Notes: generated by a model from the sequence alone, not told the origin. DNA of 64,000 nucleotides from Paramoeba atlantica (GCA_977017575.1 CDRNVI010000044.1:682001-746000), one strand, 5' to 3'. Numbered from the stretch's first letter, positions 22,208 through 33,197 are shown. Numbers and translations: made by a program.

Positions 22208-24067
22208 CTATGTTCGCTTTTTGGTCCCTTTGGCAGCTTTTTTTGCGGCACGTTTTTGTTCGAGTGTCATCCCAGTTTGAGGCGTTGCAGAGCCTTTGAG
22301 TACGCTTGAAATTGGAGGTAGTTTTGAAATCCATTTGGCTTTGGCACTCAAGTGATTAATTTTATTCCCCCCGTCTGGAATGGCATAAAGCACGATAGGA
22401 GAATTTAAAGTGGGAAGTGATTCGACGATATAATAGCCTCTACGCTCAATTTGTAATTTCTCACCTCGATCCAACATCTCGAACCCAATTTCGCCGATGA
22501 GATTCTGCTCGAATTTTGACTTCTTGTTTACTGAGCTATCCAAGTCGAATTCCTCGCCATCAGGCTTTCGAACTTTTAACAAATGATCGAATTCAACGCA
22601 ATGAACATCAACGGAAGGAGCCGCACATGTTAACCATGAGAGCTTGTACTTGGTTCTCTTCACGTCACCACTTGGGTTCAGTGTTGCCGCGCAATAAGCG
22701 AATTCACCTGAAACTCCATCATGAGTCATCTTAATCCCGGTAATAAAAGCGTTTCCCCAATCCATAAGTGTCACTTCTTCCCCCTCACGTAGCAGTGCGA
22801 CATCCGCCCCCTCCAGCCATATTTCGTTCCCGAAATACAGTGGTTTCACTCCCAGAGCAGGATTTTTCTTATGCCATGCCCGTTCCCCTTTTCGGACCTC
22901 CCCTCCTTCTCCCACGACTGTACACCGCACCCTTCCCTCCGTATCCAGCGCCGTCAGTCGTCGCGCCACCGGATCAAGCAACCTCGTGTTAAACGCCCAC
23001 AGCTTACTCCACTCCATCACATTCACCACCTTCGACATCCCCTGGATTTCCACAAACTCCCGCAGGGCCTCCGCGCTCAGCCCCCGACGCGCGAGTCCCT
23101 GTACCGTCGGAAACCGCGGATCCGCCCACCCGTCCACCACCCCGCCCTCCACCAGCTTGGTGAGCTTCCGTTTACTCATGATACTGTACTCCATGTTCAG
23201 CCGGCTGTAGTCATCGAGCCGGGGCCGACGCAGTCCCAGGGCCTCGATCACCCAGGCGTACTGCACGTCCCGGTCACGGTACTCGGAGGTACGCAGGGCG
23301 TGGGTGACACCCTCGAGGGCATCCACAATGGGGCACGCAAAGTCATACGTGGGGTAGACCTTGTGGGTGTGCCCGGTACGGGGGTGGGGGGGGTGCAGCA
23401 CGGTACGATAAATGGTCGGGTCACGCATCGTGCCATTGGCCGCGGTGATGTCGATTTTGGCGCGAACACAGCAGGTCTCCCCGAGTGCGGTGCCCGGGAG
23501 CATCTCGTGTTCCCACAACGCGACGTTTTGAGCCACAGAGTGGTCACGACAGGGTGTGGGAACCAGCGCCTCACGACAGCGACGCATCTCCTCGACAGGG
23601 GTGAAGTCAACGTAGGCTTTGCCTTGGTCAAGGAGACGTCGGGCGTACTGGAGCATTACCGGGAAGTAGTCGGAAGTATAGGTAGGGCCGCGGTCCCAGG
23701 AGATACCCAGCCATTGTAAATCTTTTAGAATAGCAGCTTCGTATTCCCCTTTTTCTTTTGCTGGGTTGGTGTCGTCAAAACGCATAATCAGTTGGCCTTT
23801 GTATTTGTCCCGTAACATGGAGTTAATAAGCGCTGCCTTAGCGTGACCGATGTGCATGTATCCACTGGCTTCGGGAGGAAAACGGGTCACGACCTTCCCA
23901 ATGACTGCGTCCTGGAGTGCGAGCTTATCTGCTTCCGTAAAAGACGTTTCTCCAATCCCACTGGATGCCTTCCGCGACTCTTTTGACGTATGGTTCAAAA
24001 GTGTGGAGAGTAGCGTACTTAACCTCTTCATTTTAAGATGTGGGTCTACTCTGTGTCTCTCGTACAT
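22208..24067 (-). CDS. Glutamyl-tRNA synthetase (eukaryotic/archaeal type)
   Basis: VVTRFPPEASGYMHIGHAKAA (HIGH), MRFDDTNP, YPTYDFACP, THALRTSEY, MSKRKL and QIERRGYY. Confidence 0.95.
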   Translation of the reverse strand: MYERHRVDPHLKMKRLSTLLSTLLNHTSKESRKASSGIGETSFTEADKLALQDAVIGKVVTRFPPEASGYMHIGHAKAALINSMLRDKYKGQLIMRFDDTNPAKEKGEYEAAILKDLQWLGISWDRGPTYTSDYFPVMLQYARRLLDQGKAYVDFTPVEEMRRCREALVPTPCRDHSVAQNVALWEHEMLPGTALGETCCVRAKIDITAANGTMRDPTIYRTVLHPPHPRTGHTHKVYPTYDFACPIVDALEGVTHALRTSEYRDRDVQYAWVIEALGLRRPRLDDYSRLNMEYSIMSKRKLTKLVEGGVVDGWADPRFPTVQGLARRGLSAEALREFVEIQGMSKVVNVMEWSKLWAFNTRLLDPVARRLTALDTEGRVRCTVVGEGGEVRKGERAWHKKNPALGVKPLYFGNEIWLEGADVALLREGEEVTLMDWGNAFITGIKMTHDGVSGEFAYCAATLNPSGDVKRTKYKLSWLTCAAPSVDVHCVEFDHLLKVRKPDGEEFDLDSSVNKKSKFEQNLIGEIGFEMLDRGEKLQIERRGYYIVESLPTLNSPIVLYAIPDGGNKINHLSAKAKWISKLPPISSVLKGSATPQTGMTLEQKRAAKKAAKGTKKRT

Positions 24068-24335
24068 TGCTGAATAGATAGCTAGTGCGAAGACTAATAT
24101 CTAAAATAACGTACGAAAATCGATGCATAAATTATATTAAAACTATCATTATTTTGTGATGTAAGATGCTGTTTCCTACTATAAACATTATAACAACTTT
24201 ATCACAAGCGGCTAAGGGTAGGGTAACATCTGTCCCCTCGATATGAATATCAACCCAACTGGAGAACTGAAAAAAATACTCGGAACGAATATTAGAATCT
24301 AATAATTAGATGTACGTCATCTACCCGAGATTCAT

Positions 24336-25730
24336 TTATATCCTTTTATACCGTAGAGAGCGAAGGTTGAAATACAACGAAAAACTACCTCTTTCGAGAA
24401 CGCATTTGTAACCCTTGTGCGGATTGGTATTCATGGGCAGATTTCTAATTTCAAACTGCAAATCAGCGTAGGGGTGCCCAATTCGAAAGTTAATGTGACA
24501 CACAGTGTCCTCCCACCCCTTAACGGTAGGGGTTTTCTCAAATTTTATTGTACGCCTCGGAGGAAGATTCGGTAGAAAAATGTTAAATTTATATCCCCGG
24601 GCTACCTTCGGAGGAGGATTTAAACTGTCATAATGTGTACGATTGTAATTGTTCCACTCGTGACCCCATGTTACACGGGCAACGTATTCGGGAACAATTC
24701 CGCTCGATATTGTTTGCCCTCTAAAGAGAAGAGTTTCGGCTTGTTGCAGCATGTCGTCAACACCCTGAAGCAAATATTGTGCATAATTTCGCGCCTTGTC
24801 TACATCATGTGGATCATAACAAGGAGTTGGCTTCTCCGACACGCCTATCTGTGGAGTGTTTTTTCTTGGCTCATGAGCCGGTGAGCAGGAAAGAGAGAAT
24901 TCTTCAACACATCTTTCGTAGTCACGTTGGCGTGCATTTCGAAAATCCTCAAGCCACGACAGGCTGCTTTGATAACGCAAGATATTGTTTAGCTCAGCAA
25001 AAAGCGGAACATCACACAACGAGGGATGACTGAGACAGAGCAAAAGTGGGGAAAGTTCAACTGGGTTCATGTTTTTGGCCTCGATGATGGATTCTCGGAT
25101 GGGGCAGGCTGAAGCATTTCTTCGGATGCTATCGACCATGCTACCACAGGGTATGCTCGGAATCAATCGGCGAACTTCCGATATAATTTCCTCGTGAAGT
25201 TCAGCTCGCGCTTCCCAATGCGTTTCGGTTTTAGCGTTTGACATTACAACTTTCTGCGAAGTTTTGTTCTCATCCTTGTCTCCAAATTTATGTTCTGCAA
25301 GGGTAGACCAGACATGAATTGAATTTTGTGGGATGGACAATGTCTTTCTCTCTGCTCGTATAACACAAAGAATCAGCTGCGCAAGGTGCATCCAGTAGGG
25401 ATTTTCACAGTGATAAACTCTTAGCCATGTCAAAATGTCCCTTACAAGTGTCACCCATGCTTGATTGTCTAAGCTATCTTCGTCTAGTATTTCAAAAACT
25501 GAACGAACACGATACGAAATCGTCGCATTGGCATCGCGTAGTCTAGAGGCAAACAACCGGTCATTACATAGGATGTAATATTGACACAGGAAATGATCGA
25601 ACATTGTACAGCTACCTTCCTTGCTATGCAGAACGGCTCTATATTCAAGTTGTCTCTTTTCTACAAGATCGCCCTTGTTCAAATGCTCCGGAGATGATGA
25701 AAATTCAAGCGAAGCCCACATGTATTTCAA
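24336..25730 (-). CDS. Cactin (spliceosome-associated), with Cactin C-terminal domain
   Basis: VTWGHEWNNYNRTHYDSLNPPPKVARGYKFNIF, PYADLQFEI and SLYFNLRSLRYKR. Confidence 0.9.
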   Translation of the reverse strand: MKYMWASLEFSSSPEHLNKGDLVEKRQLEYRAVLHSKEGSCTMFDHFLCQYYILCNDRLFASRLRDANATISYRVRSVFEILDEDSLDNQAWVTLVRDILTWLRVYHCENPYWMHLAQLILCVIRAERKTLSIPQNSIHVWSTLAEHKFGDKDENKTSQKVVMSNAKTETHWEARAELHEEIISEVRRLIPSIPCGSMVDSIRRNASACPIRESIIEAKNMNPVELSPLLLCLSHPSLCDVPLFAELNNILRYQSSLSWLEDFRNARQRDYERCVEEFSLSCSPAHEPRKNTPQIGVSEKPTPCYDPHDVDKARNYAQYLLQGVDDMLQQAETLLFRGQTISSGIVPEYVARVTWGHEWNNYNRTHYDSLNPPPKVARGYKFNIFLPNLPPRRTIKFEKTPTVKGWEDTVCHINFRIGHPYADLQFEIRNLPMNTNPHKGYKCVLERGSFSLYFNLRSLRYKRI

Positions 25731-25767
25731 TGAGGATAAGATGTGATTTGCATGTAACTAATATCGG

Positions 25768-26022
25768 TTAAAGTAAAGCAAAATTCGCCTTTTTTGAAAA
25801 AAAAAATTGCTTTACACCCCATCTCTTGGTGATGAGTGTGTCCTTTTTCCACAGAAAACCCTTCTCGTGATAAGCCCGTGGCTTTGAAGCCACTGCTCGC
25901 ACTATGCTTCCGTCCGGCGTGATATACGGCTGAGGGTGAACTTTCTTCGACAAGCGAACCCCCGACACCCCTGGCATACCATAGAAAATAACGGAAAAAG
26001 GGTATACAATAGTCATATACAA
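25768..26022 (-). CDS. Small basic hypothetical protein (likely start MPGVSG at ~25977)
   Basis: Co-oriented short ORF with coding-like composition; no family recognised. Confidence 0.35.
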   Translation of the reverse strand: MYMTIVYPFSVIFYGMPGVSGVRLSKKVHPQPYITPDGSIVRAVASKPRAYHEKGFLWKKDTLITKRWGVKQFFFSKKANFALL

Positions 26023-26290
26023 TATTATGTACGTAGATAATGTCCTTTTGTTGAAAGGAAAAATGTCAAGCTAAAAAGTCATAAGAAGAGCGAATTTTCC
26101 TTTACTTTCACCCTAATATCGTATGTTGCACGAGTGTATGAAATATTTTGCAAACCTGATGAATGCTGATCGTAAGCATCTTAGAGAGAGTAAGCGATCC
26201 AAAGCCAAACTACAAATGAATACCTGTACAAGTGAATAATTTGAAGAGCGAATGCGATCTACAAAAGAATTCTCCAGAGGCTGTCAAGCT

Positions 26291-26450
26291 ATTATTAATA
26301 GCATGACATTAATAATTAACATACGTGTACATGTATGAAAAAAAGGAACGTACATGCACATGCATGTTATTAACATACATGTACACGTATGTTAATTATT
26401 AATGTCACGCTATTAATAATTTAACATGCGTGTGCATGTATGTTCCTTTT
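26291..26450. repeat. Interleaved inverted repeats A-B-A'-B'
   Basis: A 26291-26337 pairs with 26374-26420 (1 mismatch in 47); B 26341-26369 pairs with 26422-26450 (2 mismatches in 29). Confidence 0.9.
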
Positions 26451-26706
26451 ACTTTGTACGACGTCCTCCAATACAGAGGTTAAGGGTCATAATCCAAAAA
26501 TGGGTAGAGAATTCAATACATGTTTATCCATACATCCCCGTGCTGCAGACACTTGTGCGAAGATACCTTCTTCAATCGCTTGCATGATCCGGCCAATGCC
26601 TTTCTGCGTGGCTCTCCCGGAATCAGAGTGATATCGCCCCTTAAAGGAGTGATATCGCCCCTTAAGCATAAAGGAGGGAGGATATCGGCTAGCTGTGTAC
26701 AAGTTA

Positions 26707-27225
26707 CTAGTCCTTAACTGTGTGTTGTACTGTCCCTTCAGAAAGCGCATACATATCCGGAATTGCTTCATTCACATAACGAACACTGACGGAATTCACA
26801 CAATGTCGTTCGTTTGTGGGTGTGTGTTGCTCCCCATGAAACACATGACCCAAGTGACCCTCACACCTTCCACAACAAATCTCTGTACGTGTCATTCCAT
26901 GAGAGCTATCGGTGGCTGTCGCCACCGCTCCAAGAAAGCACTTGTCAAAGGACGGCCACCCACATCCTGCGTCGTATTTACTATTGGAGCTGTAAAGCGG
27001 AAGCCCGCAACCACGACATGCGTAGTAACCCCAGCAAGGATGTCGTGGGGTAGAAGTGGATTCCATTTTCTGTTCATAAAATTGTGGTTCCGTGGCTTGG
27101 CGACGCAGTACTTCATACTCCATAGGGGTTAGAATGCTTTTCCACTCCTCGTCCGACTTCTGGATTTTTGTTGGGTGAATGACGCGAATAGAATTCTGCA
27201 TGATCCTTAAGGCTCTTCGATACAT
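26707..27225 (-). CDS. msrB: Peptide methionine sulfoxide reductase B
   Basis: KSDEEWKSILTPMEYEVLR, YACRGCGLPLY, KYDAGCGWPSF and TEICCGRCEGHLGHVF..ERHCVNS; start placed at MYRRAL. Confidence 0.95.
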   Translation of the reverse strand: MYRRALRIMQNSIRVIHPTKIQKSDEEWKSILTPMEYEVLRRQATEPQFYEQKMESTSTPRHPCWGYYACRGCGLPLYSSNSKYDAGCGWPSFDKCFLGAVATATDSSHGMTRTEICCGRCEGHLGHVFHGEQHTPTNERHCVNSVSVRYVNEAIPDMYALSEGTVQHTVKD

Positions 27226-27389
27226 ACATGTAATCCTCAAAAAATATGATAGATAATACCGTAGGAAGGTTATTGCAATAACATTCTGGCAGTAGGTGAT
27301 TTTTAGACCGTTTCTTCCGGTCAAACCATCAATAAACATAAAGAGTGGGGAACCGAGAATACAGATGAACGGCGAAGTCCACAAACCAA

Positions 27390-28349
27390 TCACATGTTTA
27401 TGTGAATTCGAGTGAGCAGACCAAAGTGTTGTGAAACTCCAATCTTCGGAGATATGTCTTTTAACCAAGGTTTCAAAACTCGCATTTCCGGAACACTGTA
27501 GGAGTACCTTGGTCGGTAAACATGTGGGTCATCTGGATCTACGTGAGCCAAGGAGTTGTATTGTGAAGTTTGTACGATTTGATCAGACTCTCCACGTAGG
27601 TAAACGCGAGTCGTGCGAGTGTAGTAGCCGGCATTCTGCTTTGACATGAGAAATCGATTTTCGTATGTATCTTGGGTAAAGCGAGCATGGAAGGGTGTCT
27701 GTGCCACATGAAACGCATCCGAGTAGTCCGGTATGTTATCCCCTTTAAAGAACTGGCCATCACCTGCAATGATATCCGACTGAGGTACTCGGCTGAGGTA
27801 TGTAATAGCTTTTTCGCGTAGTTCCTTGTTATACTCCCCTCCGTCAAGCTGTATATTGGTGACCCGAAGGACAGGAGAAACAGCCGGAGTTTCCGGTTCT
27901 GTTGTTGACTTCATCGGAGGAACCTGTGATCTCTTCGAGTCATGAACGAGATCAAGCGTCAGGCAGGTGTACAGCCATGCAATGTGCGCACTCCACTTTG
28001 AATTCTTGTGTAAAAAGGCCTGCAGAAATCCGTGATATGTTTTTGACTGAGCGTCTTCCACCCATTTGTATTGTCCCCATGATTCCATCTCCTTGGCCAC
28101 CGCTGGTGAGCTTTCTTGGAATAATATCAAATCAATATCAGCAATTCGATGCAATTCAGCTAGGAGAACCCTGCATCGTTCCTGGTGTTGTGTTCCCTCA
28201 ATTCGCTTGAATTGGTTAATGTTCCACGTGACTAAAGATAGAGGCACGTAATTTTTTGTACAATATGACCGCCGGAAGAAAGGAAATATATGGCACCGTA
28301 TCTGTTGTGCAGAGCACCATGTATTACTAAAGACTATAGGATACATCAT
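27390..28349 (-). CDS. Endonuclease/exonuclease/phosphatase (EEP) family protein, TDP2-like, possibly mitochondrial
   Basis: LSLVTWNIN, IDLILFQE, IIAGD and SQHFGL EEP motifs. Confidence 0.75.
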   Translation of the reverse strand: MMYPIVFSNTWCSAQQIRCHIFPFFRRSYCTKNYVPLSLVTWNINQFKRIEGTQHQERCRVLLAELHRIADIDLILFQESSPAVAKEMESWGQYKWVEDAQSKTYHGFLQAFLHKNSKWSAHIAWLYTCLTLDLVHDSKRSQVPPMKSTTEPETPAVSPVLRVTNIQLDGGEYNKELREKAITYLSRVPQSDIIAGDGQFFKGDNIPDYSDAFHVAQTPFHARFTQDTYENRFLMSKQNAGYYTRTTRVYLRGESDQIVQTSQYNSLAHVDPDDPHVYRPRYSYSVPEMRVLKPWLKDISPKIGVSQHFGLLTRIHINM

Positions 28350-28600
28350 TAAAATCAGTTTCTGGAATAGTAATTTTACTTTTAGTCATGTTAGCATCGA
28401 TGCTGTAATCTAATCGCTTATTTTTCCTTCATATTCCGATGATTCTTTAATTAATATTTCTGATGAAAGGAATGTAGGTTTGCATTTTTTGTTCACTTTA
28501 TTAAATATGTTCAATTTTAATCTTTATGATGAGGCAAGACAAACAATGCGACAAAGCTCACAAAATATTATCCAGACATTCTTTTGACGAAAAAGCCATA

Positions 28601-30409
28601 TCACGATTTCCAGAATACCGAATGTTGCACCATGCATTCTCCCATCTTCTCAGCCATTCTTATTTCCAATAGTAGAGCGGACATTGATTTAGAATTCGAA
28701 TCGTTTAGCAAAGACGTATCCTCCTGGAATGATACGTGTGAAGCAGAAACGAATCGATTAGCATTTATCTTGCGATTTATGAGTGTCTCCTGGTTTTGTG
28801 GCGTATGACTTGGCCGCCACTGCGTCAAGCTTTGTAGACTTACCCTTTTAGACGAGTTGCAATCGCTTTGAATAGAAATTGTCGAAGCTAATAGCGTACA
28901 AAAGGGATGAGAGATATTTGACTGCAACATCGACTCAGCACTTTCTAAAAGAATCTGCCCTCGTAGGAGTACTATTTCTTTGTTCCCTGGTGTCCTGCTT
29001 GGGACATATTTTTTCGTAGGAACAATACAACGAATCCAGCACCTTGTGGCGTGCAGAGCGGGCGATAAACCAAGCTTTGAAAGCGCAATAGAAAAAGTCG
29101 ATTCAGCTTGACACTCAACTGTGCCGCATAAGACGCAACCGTACCAGTCTACAACTTTAATTTCGATTCCTGAGTCAGAAGGTATTGGCAACACACGGGT
29201 TGATTCTCCATGTGTTGAGCCATTAATTCCCTTACCAGTGGTCTGATCACCGAAAACCGCCAGAAAGGAGCTTTTCGTAGAGAGAAGCCGTTCATATTTC
29301 GCGCTCAAGGAAAACTCTCTTTGATACATTCGGTAAGATGCCTGATCATCTTTTACGCTTGATTGTAATATTAATTGTCTTTCTTCTCCCTCAGGCCCAA
29401 GCCGTGTCTGTGCGACTGTGTCAATCCACGTGTCCGTGACTGAACAATTGACCCTTGAATTCGTGGAAAGAGGTATAGAGTTCGTTTTCTCTGAAATGAA
29501 TCCATCAGCAATCGGGTCCACTATGAGCTCAACAGCGGAAAAGTGAGATGAGCGAATATTTTCGACGTGTCGAGAGCGACGCGGCGTAGTAGGCGATTTC
29601 ACGGGGATGCCGTTTTGCTTTAAAGCAAATATATTAAAAGTATCCACGGTAATGTCAAGTTTCTTGTCGTGATGAACAACAGGTCTTTCAGTGTCCGAAA
29701 ATTCACTTTCTTCAATTTCATCCGTATATGCTGTGGCAGCGCACGTATCACGAGGCCTGTATCCCGATTCATCTTCACTAGAAAAAGAGCCGTCTGAGAC
29801 CTCATCATCTGAAGGGCCATGTGCAATTCGCCCCGATTCTTGCTGGTGCTGAAACGCGTTCGCTGGTTGAATGCGGCGTAGCAAGTTCCTAGCCCAAGGC
29901 GGATGCGCAGACCGAGGACCAAAATGCGGAGTTGGAAGCGAAAATTCGCCACACAAATTCGGATTGCTCTCCCGTTCATTGCCTATGAAATCGAGAGCGA
30001 TAGGAGAAGGCCGATGTTGAGACACCTTCTGCACTTCCTGATGTACACCTTTTTCCCACGCCGAAAAATATTTCAAGAAATCATCTGGAGTTAATGCTTC
30101 TTTTCCCGAGTTCTTGGATTTAGCTTTTCTCTGATCGAATGTTTCAGGAGAGAAAGTAGCCTGCCTTTCATTTCCAGTATCTTTTCCAGCAGTAAACCCT
30201 GCCTTTTTTAAGTTAATTGCGTCTTCTTTTGTTGTGGGTGTGGAATTTGATACAAAAATATTTCCGCGTTCGCTCATCCTGTTGATGAATGCGTGCGCAG
30301 TTTCTTCAGAGCCCACCTTGTGCTCATAGTACACAATCTCATCCTCCGTAGAACTCACCTCACTATCGTGCTCCCACACTGTAGCAGGACATTGTGCTAC
30401 ACGAATCAT
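28601..30409 (-). CDS. Hypothetical protein. The ORF-track extension to 30760 comes from an upstream repeat
   Basis: Long ORF; likely start MIRVAQC at 30409; the upstream MHYQCA units are translated tandem repeat. Confidence 0.7.
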   Translation of the reverse strand: MIRVAQCPATVWEHDSEVSSTEDEIVYYEHKVGSEETAHAFINRMSERGNIFVSNSTPTTKEDAINLKKAGFTAGKDTGNERQATFSPETFDQRKAKSKNSGKEALTPDDFLKYFSAWEKGVHQEVQKVSQHRPSPIALDFIGNERESNPNLCGEFSLPTPHFGPRSAHPPWARNLLRRIQPANAFQHQQESGRIAHGPSDDEVSDGSFSSEDESGYRPRDTCAATAYTDEIEESEFSDTERPVVHHDKKLDITVDTFNIFALKQNGIPVKSPTTPRRSRHVENIRSSHFSAVELIVDPIADGFISEKTNSIPLSTNSRVNCSVTDTWIDTVAQTRLGPEGEERQLILQSSVKDDQASYRMYQREFSLSAKYERLLSTKSSFLAVFGDQTTGKGINGSTHGESTRVLPIPSDSGIEIKVVDWYGCVLCGTVECQAESTFSIALSKLGLSPALHATRCWIRCIVPTKKYVPSRTPGNKEIVLLRGQILLESAESMLQSNISHPFCTLLASTISIQSDCNSSKRVSLQSLTQWRPSHTPQNQETLINRKINANRFVSASHVSFQEDTSLLNDSNSKSMSALLLEIRMAEKMGECMVQHSVFWKS

Positions 30410-30451
30410 ATTTGATCCAATAACACCTGAAAATAAATATTTGCTGTACGA

Positions 30452-31635
30452 TTGCGGTGGTTGTATAACTACCGCTCTACCTTCGATTATTGAAAAAAAA
30501 GTGAACAAAAACAGTGAAAATATAATGTAGGTCCATGGGGGGGGTCCAGGGAGGGCGCCACTCGCACACTGATAATGCATAAAACTCGCACACTGATAAC
30601 GCATAAAACTCGCACACTGATAATGCATATTGGCACACTGATAATGCATATTAGCACACTGACAATGCATATAGGCACACTGATAATGCATTAAAACTCG
30701 CACACTGATAATGCATAAAACTCGCACACTGATAATGCATATTTTGAGCAAGCCCTTCAAAAAAAATTGAGCCCTTCAAAAAAATTGGAGAAAGGCCCTT
30801 GAAAAAAAAATCTAGAAAACAAGGCGGAAGCCAATACCTTGTTTACCCGTCTGCAAGATAACAACGTCTGACGTTAGTGGGAAGCTATTTGCTAAGCCCA
30901 ACAATTCCACCATACCCAAAAAAACAGTGAAAATATAAAGCGGAACACAGTAATATAATAGAAGAGAAAAATATAAAGGGGGGTCCCGGTGGTCTAAAAT
31001 TGAAAAAAATTGGGGGGGCATGAGGGGGTCCAGGGGGGGGGGCAGGGGGGGGTCATACGTCGTTTTTTGAAATTTTCAAAATCTTGATTTTCGAAATCGA
31101 GCGCAGGGAAGTGGTAGAATAGGCCGCGGCGATGACTTTCCACCCCCCCCATCTGGGGGTACCCCCCCTGGTACGCGCCGGAGGGGTTCGACAAGGTCAA
31201 AAATTCCGAAATTTTTGGGATGACCAAAAAAAGTGTTTTGACCCCCAAAAAAAGCAAAAATATTATTTTTCCAAAATCGACTCCTAAAACGTGTTTTAGG
31301 AGTTTGGGACCCCAGCTACCATTCTGCGACGTTTTTTTCGACAGATTCGCCTCCTGACCCTACTGGTAAGGCATCAAAAACGGCCCAAATTCGGGTTAAA
31401 ATTTCGCAAGTTTTGGCGAAAGATAGAGCTTTTTCACCCAAAAAACTAGATTATTCATGATTTTCTGGCGATTTTCCTTTTTTAGGCTCTTCGTTATGCG
31501 CGGTGGTAGTTTTCAACGTGAAGCGCGCAGCATGAGTGACTTCTAAGTTGAAAACAACCACCGCGTATAAGGAAAAGCCTAAAAAAGAAAAATTGAAAAA
31601 AAGTGAACAAAAGTGAACAAAAATAGTGAAAATAT
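30452..31635. mobile_element. Composite copy of the unclassified hairpin repeat family
   Basis: Contains the motif gcggtggttgtataactaccgc (30454), a body matching 9300-9590 (30921-31190) and a full hairpin (31481-31583). Confidence 0.65.
30560..30740. repeat. 21-24-bp minisatellite with core gcacactgataatgcat, 8 units
   Basis: Directly visible; no unique spacers. Confidence 0.92.
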
Positions 31636-32117
31636 ATTTTAACCCTTTAAAATCGGTTACGAGGTGCGTTTCTTCAAATTGTGATGCACATATTGAAAGT
31701 GCACATTCGTCAGGGTATTCGTGACACATAAAAGTGTAGCATAGGAGATAAAATGTGGTCAAAGGAAGACAGATTGTGAAATAAAAAGTTCAGCCTACTG
31801 CGGGATAAATACTTCGTAGTGCCACGCTTACTGCAAGATGAAAAAAAAGAGTAGTGATTGAAAGACAAGTATTTAGGAAAATGGCAAGGAGCGTGAGACA
31901 GGACAATGAAAGCGAGATCAAGAAACTATCCAATAAATCAATCACTGAATCAATTTTTAGTATTTTTTTTAGTATATAGAATTTCTATAATAGAAAGTCG
32001 GAATTCATACATCAGTAATAGCTAAATCAATTCAGTTTTACAAAAACTCCAAAAGCTGTTTTAGCTCGTGTAACTATTCCGAGGTTAGGTCCAGATAGAA
32101 AGTAGAAGCGGCCTTTT

Positions 32118-33197
32118 CTAGTACGAGCACTTCTGTATCATTGCGGACAGGATAGATAACAACTGATAAAATTCTAGAATGTCTTCTACTTCTTTCACGT
32201 ATTTTTGTACTACAACGTTTGTTCGGTCGGAAAACAGTTCTGACGGGCGTGCTCTTTCAAGGAACGACTTCGCTTCTACCAGAGAACTTAAGTGAGGATT
32301 CTCATTCGTGGTACCTTCATCATTCGATCCTATGGCCGAAATATGATGATCATTTTTCATTGTGCGTCGGAGTTTAAGAAATAATGTCCAGAGGTCCACA
32401 TAAATTGATGACGAAGCGACGGGTTCGACGTATTTGGCTTTAGAAAATATTTCATCTGAAAATGAATCTTCTTGCATGACATTATCGGAAACCGCATCAT
32501 TAGAGTGTAAAGCAGGATATTCACGTACGAGTAGACCATCTCTTCGCTGCTTACACGGTTGAGCTAGTGCACTTGGAAACGCATTACACGGTGAAAAACA
32601 GGGCTCCAAGATAAAGATTTCTAGCAGAACTGTTGATAAGTGCCCCTTTGTTATCGGTAAAACTCGCAACATATAGTTTTCACGTGTTTGTAATCCAATA
32701 TTTCGACTTCCGCAGAGTCGTGTTGCTTGAAGTGGATCGTGACAAATAGATCTGGAACGAAGCACATCCTTAACAACTTTCTTGTGTTGCTCGGGAGAAC
32801 AACATTGTTGGCATTCAAAATTATGTTCATGTGCATTTGCTTCTTTGCCTGATCTGGGTGACAAGGAAGTATTCGAAAGTTGAACGTCATTAAAATTAGT
32901 AAAATCTGGATTCTGACATACATGGTTACAATCCATGCATTCTTCGACTGTTCTGCGCCTCCGTACGGCGACTGAAATATCGTTTTTACATTGAGACAAT
33001 GCATTTTTCTTGTATTTGAGGGCTCGGTGCTGGTGCGCACAACACTTCTGTTTCAAATTAATAAGATCCCTTGAGGGATCTCCCGTTGAGTCAAAATAAC
33101 TTTGGGAACGTAGAGCACTTGGGGTACGCTTCATAGCATGTGATAGATGTGCATTGTTTACGGATATAGAGATTGTCGAGTCGAGCGATGCACTCAA
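32118..33197 (-). CDS. Hypothetical protein
   Basis: 359-aa co-oriented ORF; no family recognised. Confidence 0.65.
   Translation of the reverse strand: MSASLDSTISISVNNAHLSHAMKRTPSALRSQSYFDSTGDPSRDLINLKQKCCAHQHRALKYKKNALSQCKNDISVAVRRRRTVEECMDCNHVCQNPDFTNFNDVQLSNTSLSPRSGKEANAHEHNFECQQCCSPEQHKKVVKDVLRSRSICHDPLQATRLCGSRNIGLQTRENYMLRVLPITKGHLSTVLLEIFILEPCFSPCNAFPSALAQPCKQRRDGLLVREYPALHSNDAVSDNVMQEDSFSDEIFSKAKYVEPVASSSIYVDLWTLFLKLRRTMKNDHHISAIGSNDEGTTNENPHLSSLVEAKSFLERARPSELFSDRTNVVVQKYVKEVEDILEFYQLLSILSAMIQKCSY

Noticed and set aside
22871-23719. Long plus-strand ORFs opposite GluRS (also 51335-51922 and 7439-7897)
   Set aside because: Antisense shadows of real genes, favoured by high GC3; no recognisable domains.
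30560-30740. Possible CRISPR array
   Set aside because: Units are directly adjacent with no unique spacers, there are no cas genes, and the context is eukaryotic.
31639-31650. piggyBac terminus TTAA-CCCTTT
   Set aside because: No matching opposite end nearby and no piggyBac transposase relic.
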